From Minisyncoccota bacterium (GTDB taxonomy: Bacteria; Patescibacteriota; Minisyncoccia; Phycocordibacterales; GWA1-40-21): a DNA stretch of 64,000 bases. Below, piece after piece: positions 63,930 through 64,000 of the stretch. The DNA is taken from the NCBI GenBank assembly GCA_041663045.1, contig JBAZRH010000001.1, forward strand, positions 1,817 through 65,816. The letters run 5' to 3'. The first letter of the stretch is position 1; every line of letters starts with the position of its first letter. The notes beneath the pieces were generated by a model. The model worked only from the letters and a program-made list of their open reading frames with translations. It had not been told where the DNA came from and searched no databases. The translations under genes were made by a program, and so were the position numbers.

Positions 63930-64000
63930 ATATTAGTGTAGAATTCTGTTTTTGTTATAATAAACACATGGGTGTGTTAGAGAAAGAAATAAAAATCAAG

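Noticed and set aside
1-64000. Alternative genetic code (UGA reassignment as in some CPR lineages)
   Set aside because: Long conserved genes (secA, dnaE, gyrB, pheT, thrS) are uninterrupted when translated with the standard code. prfA is RF1-type, but gene continuity shows TGA is not read through.
1-64000. Prophage, integron or integrative element explaining the high-GC islands and tRNA fragments
   Set aside because: No integrase, recombinase, transposase, attC-like sites or phage structural genes were recognisable anywhere in the window. The islands are single genes bounded by ordinary promoters and terminators.

Overview
This is an AT-rich window (roughly 35-40% GC by eye), mostly tightly packed housekeeping genes on the + strand. 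Recognisable genes are murD, murC, murB, secA, obg, gatB, rpiB, rpe-like, fba, rplY, rpmE, prfA, rpsB, tsf, pheS, pheT, gyrB, thrS and dnaE. Several proteins are domain-reduced: PheS is 252 aa, ThrRS 581 aa, Obg 324 aa and PheT has no EMAP domain. Long genes are intact, so TGA is not recoded and the standard code is in use. The overall picture fits a small-genome, monoderm-like bacterium of the Patescibacteria/CPR type. There is a ~14 kb surface-glycan locus (9.9-24.0 kb) with two GT11 fucosyltransferase/methyltransferase pairs, a Wzx-like flippase and an O-antigen-ligase/TPR protein. A sortase locus (52.2-57.9 kb) carries two large S/T/N-rich surface proteins, one ending in an IPYTG sorting signal. 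A T-box leader sits upstream of thrS. Unusual items: (1) a tRNA cluster at 139-669 with partial tRNA copies, including a split tRNA-Leu-like gene whose two cognate halves flank an intact tRNA-Leu(CAG). (2) Three single-gene islands of clearly elevated GC (2.2-3.2 kb, 25.6-27.1 kb, 31.0-31.5 kb), each with its own promoter and terminator and encoding unrecognisable proteins. (3) A family of ~140 bp imperfect palindromic intergenic elements at 24.2, 32.6 and 41.2 kb. (4) Two inverted copies of a ~180 bp MITE-like element with terminal inverted repeats, flanking a 7.8 kb segment (43.4-51.6 kb) that holds pheST and gyrB. (5) An NlpC/P60 papain-like domain (Cys/His/His intact) inserted between the B5 domain and the core of PheT. 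(6) A eukaryotic-like minimal protein kinase translationally coupled to murC. (7) A VirD4/TraG-like P-loop ATPase with a long disordered tail. (8) A strongly expressed Cys-rich 71-aa peptide next to the sortase locus. No CRISPR array, integrase or transposase was seen.
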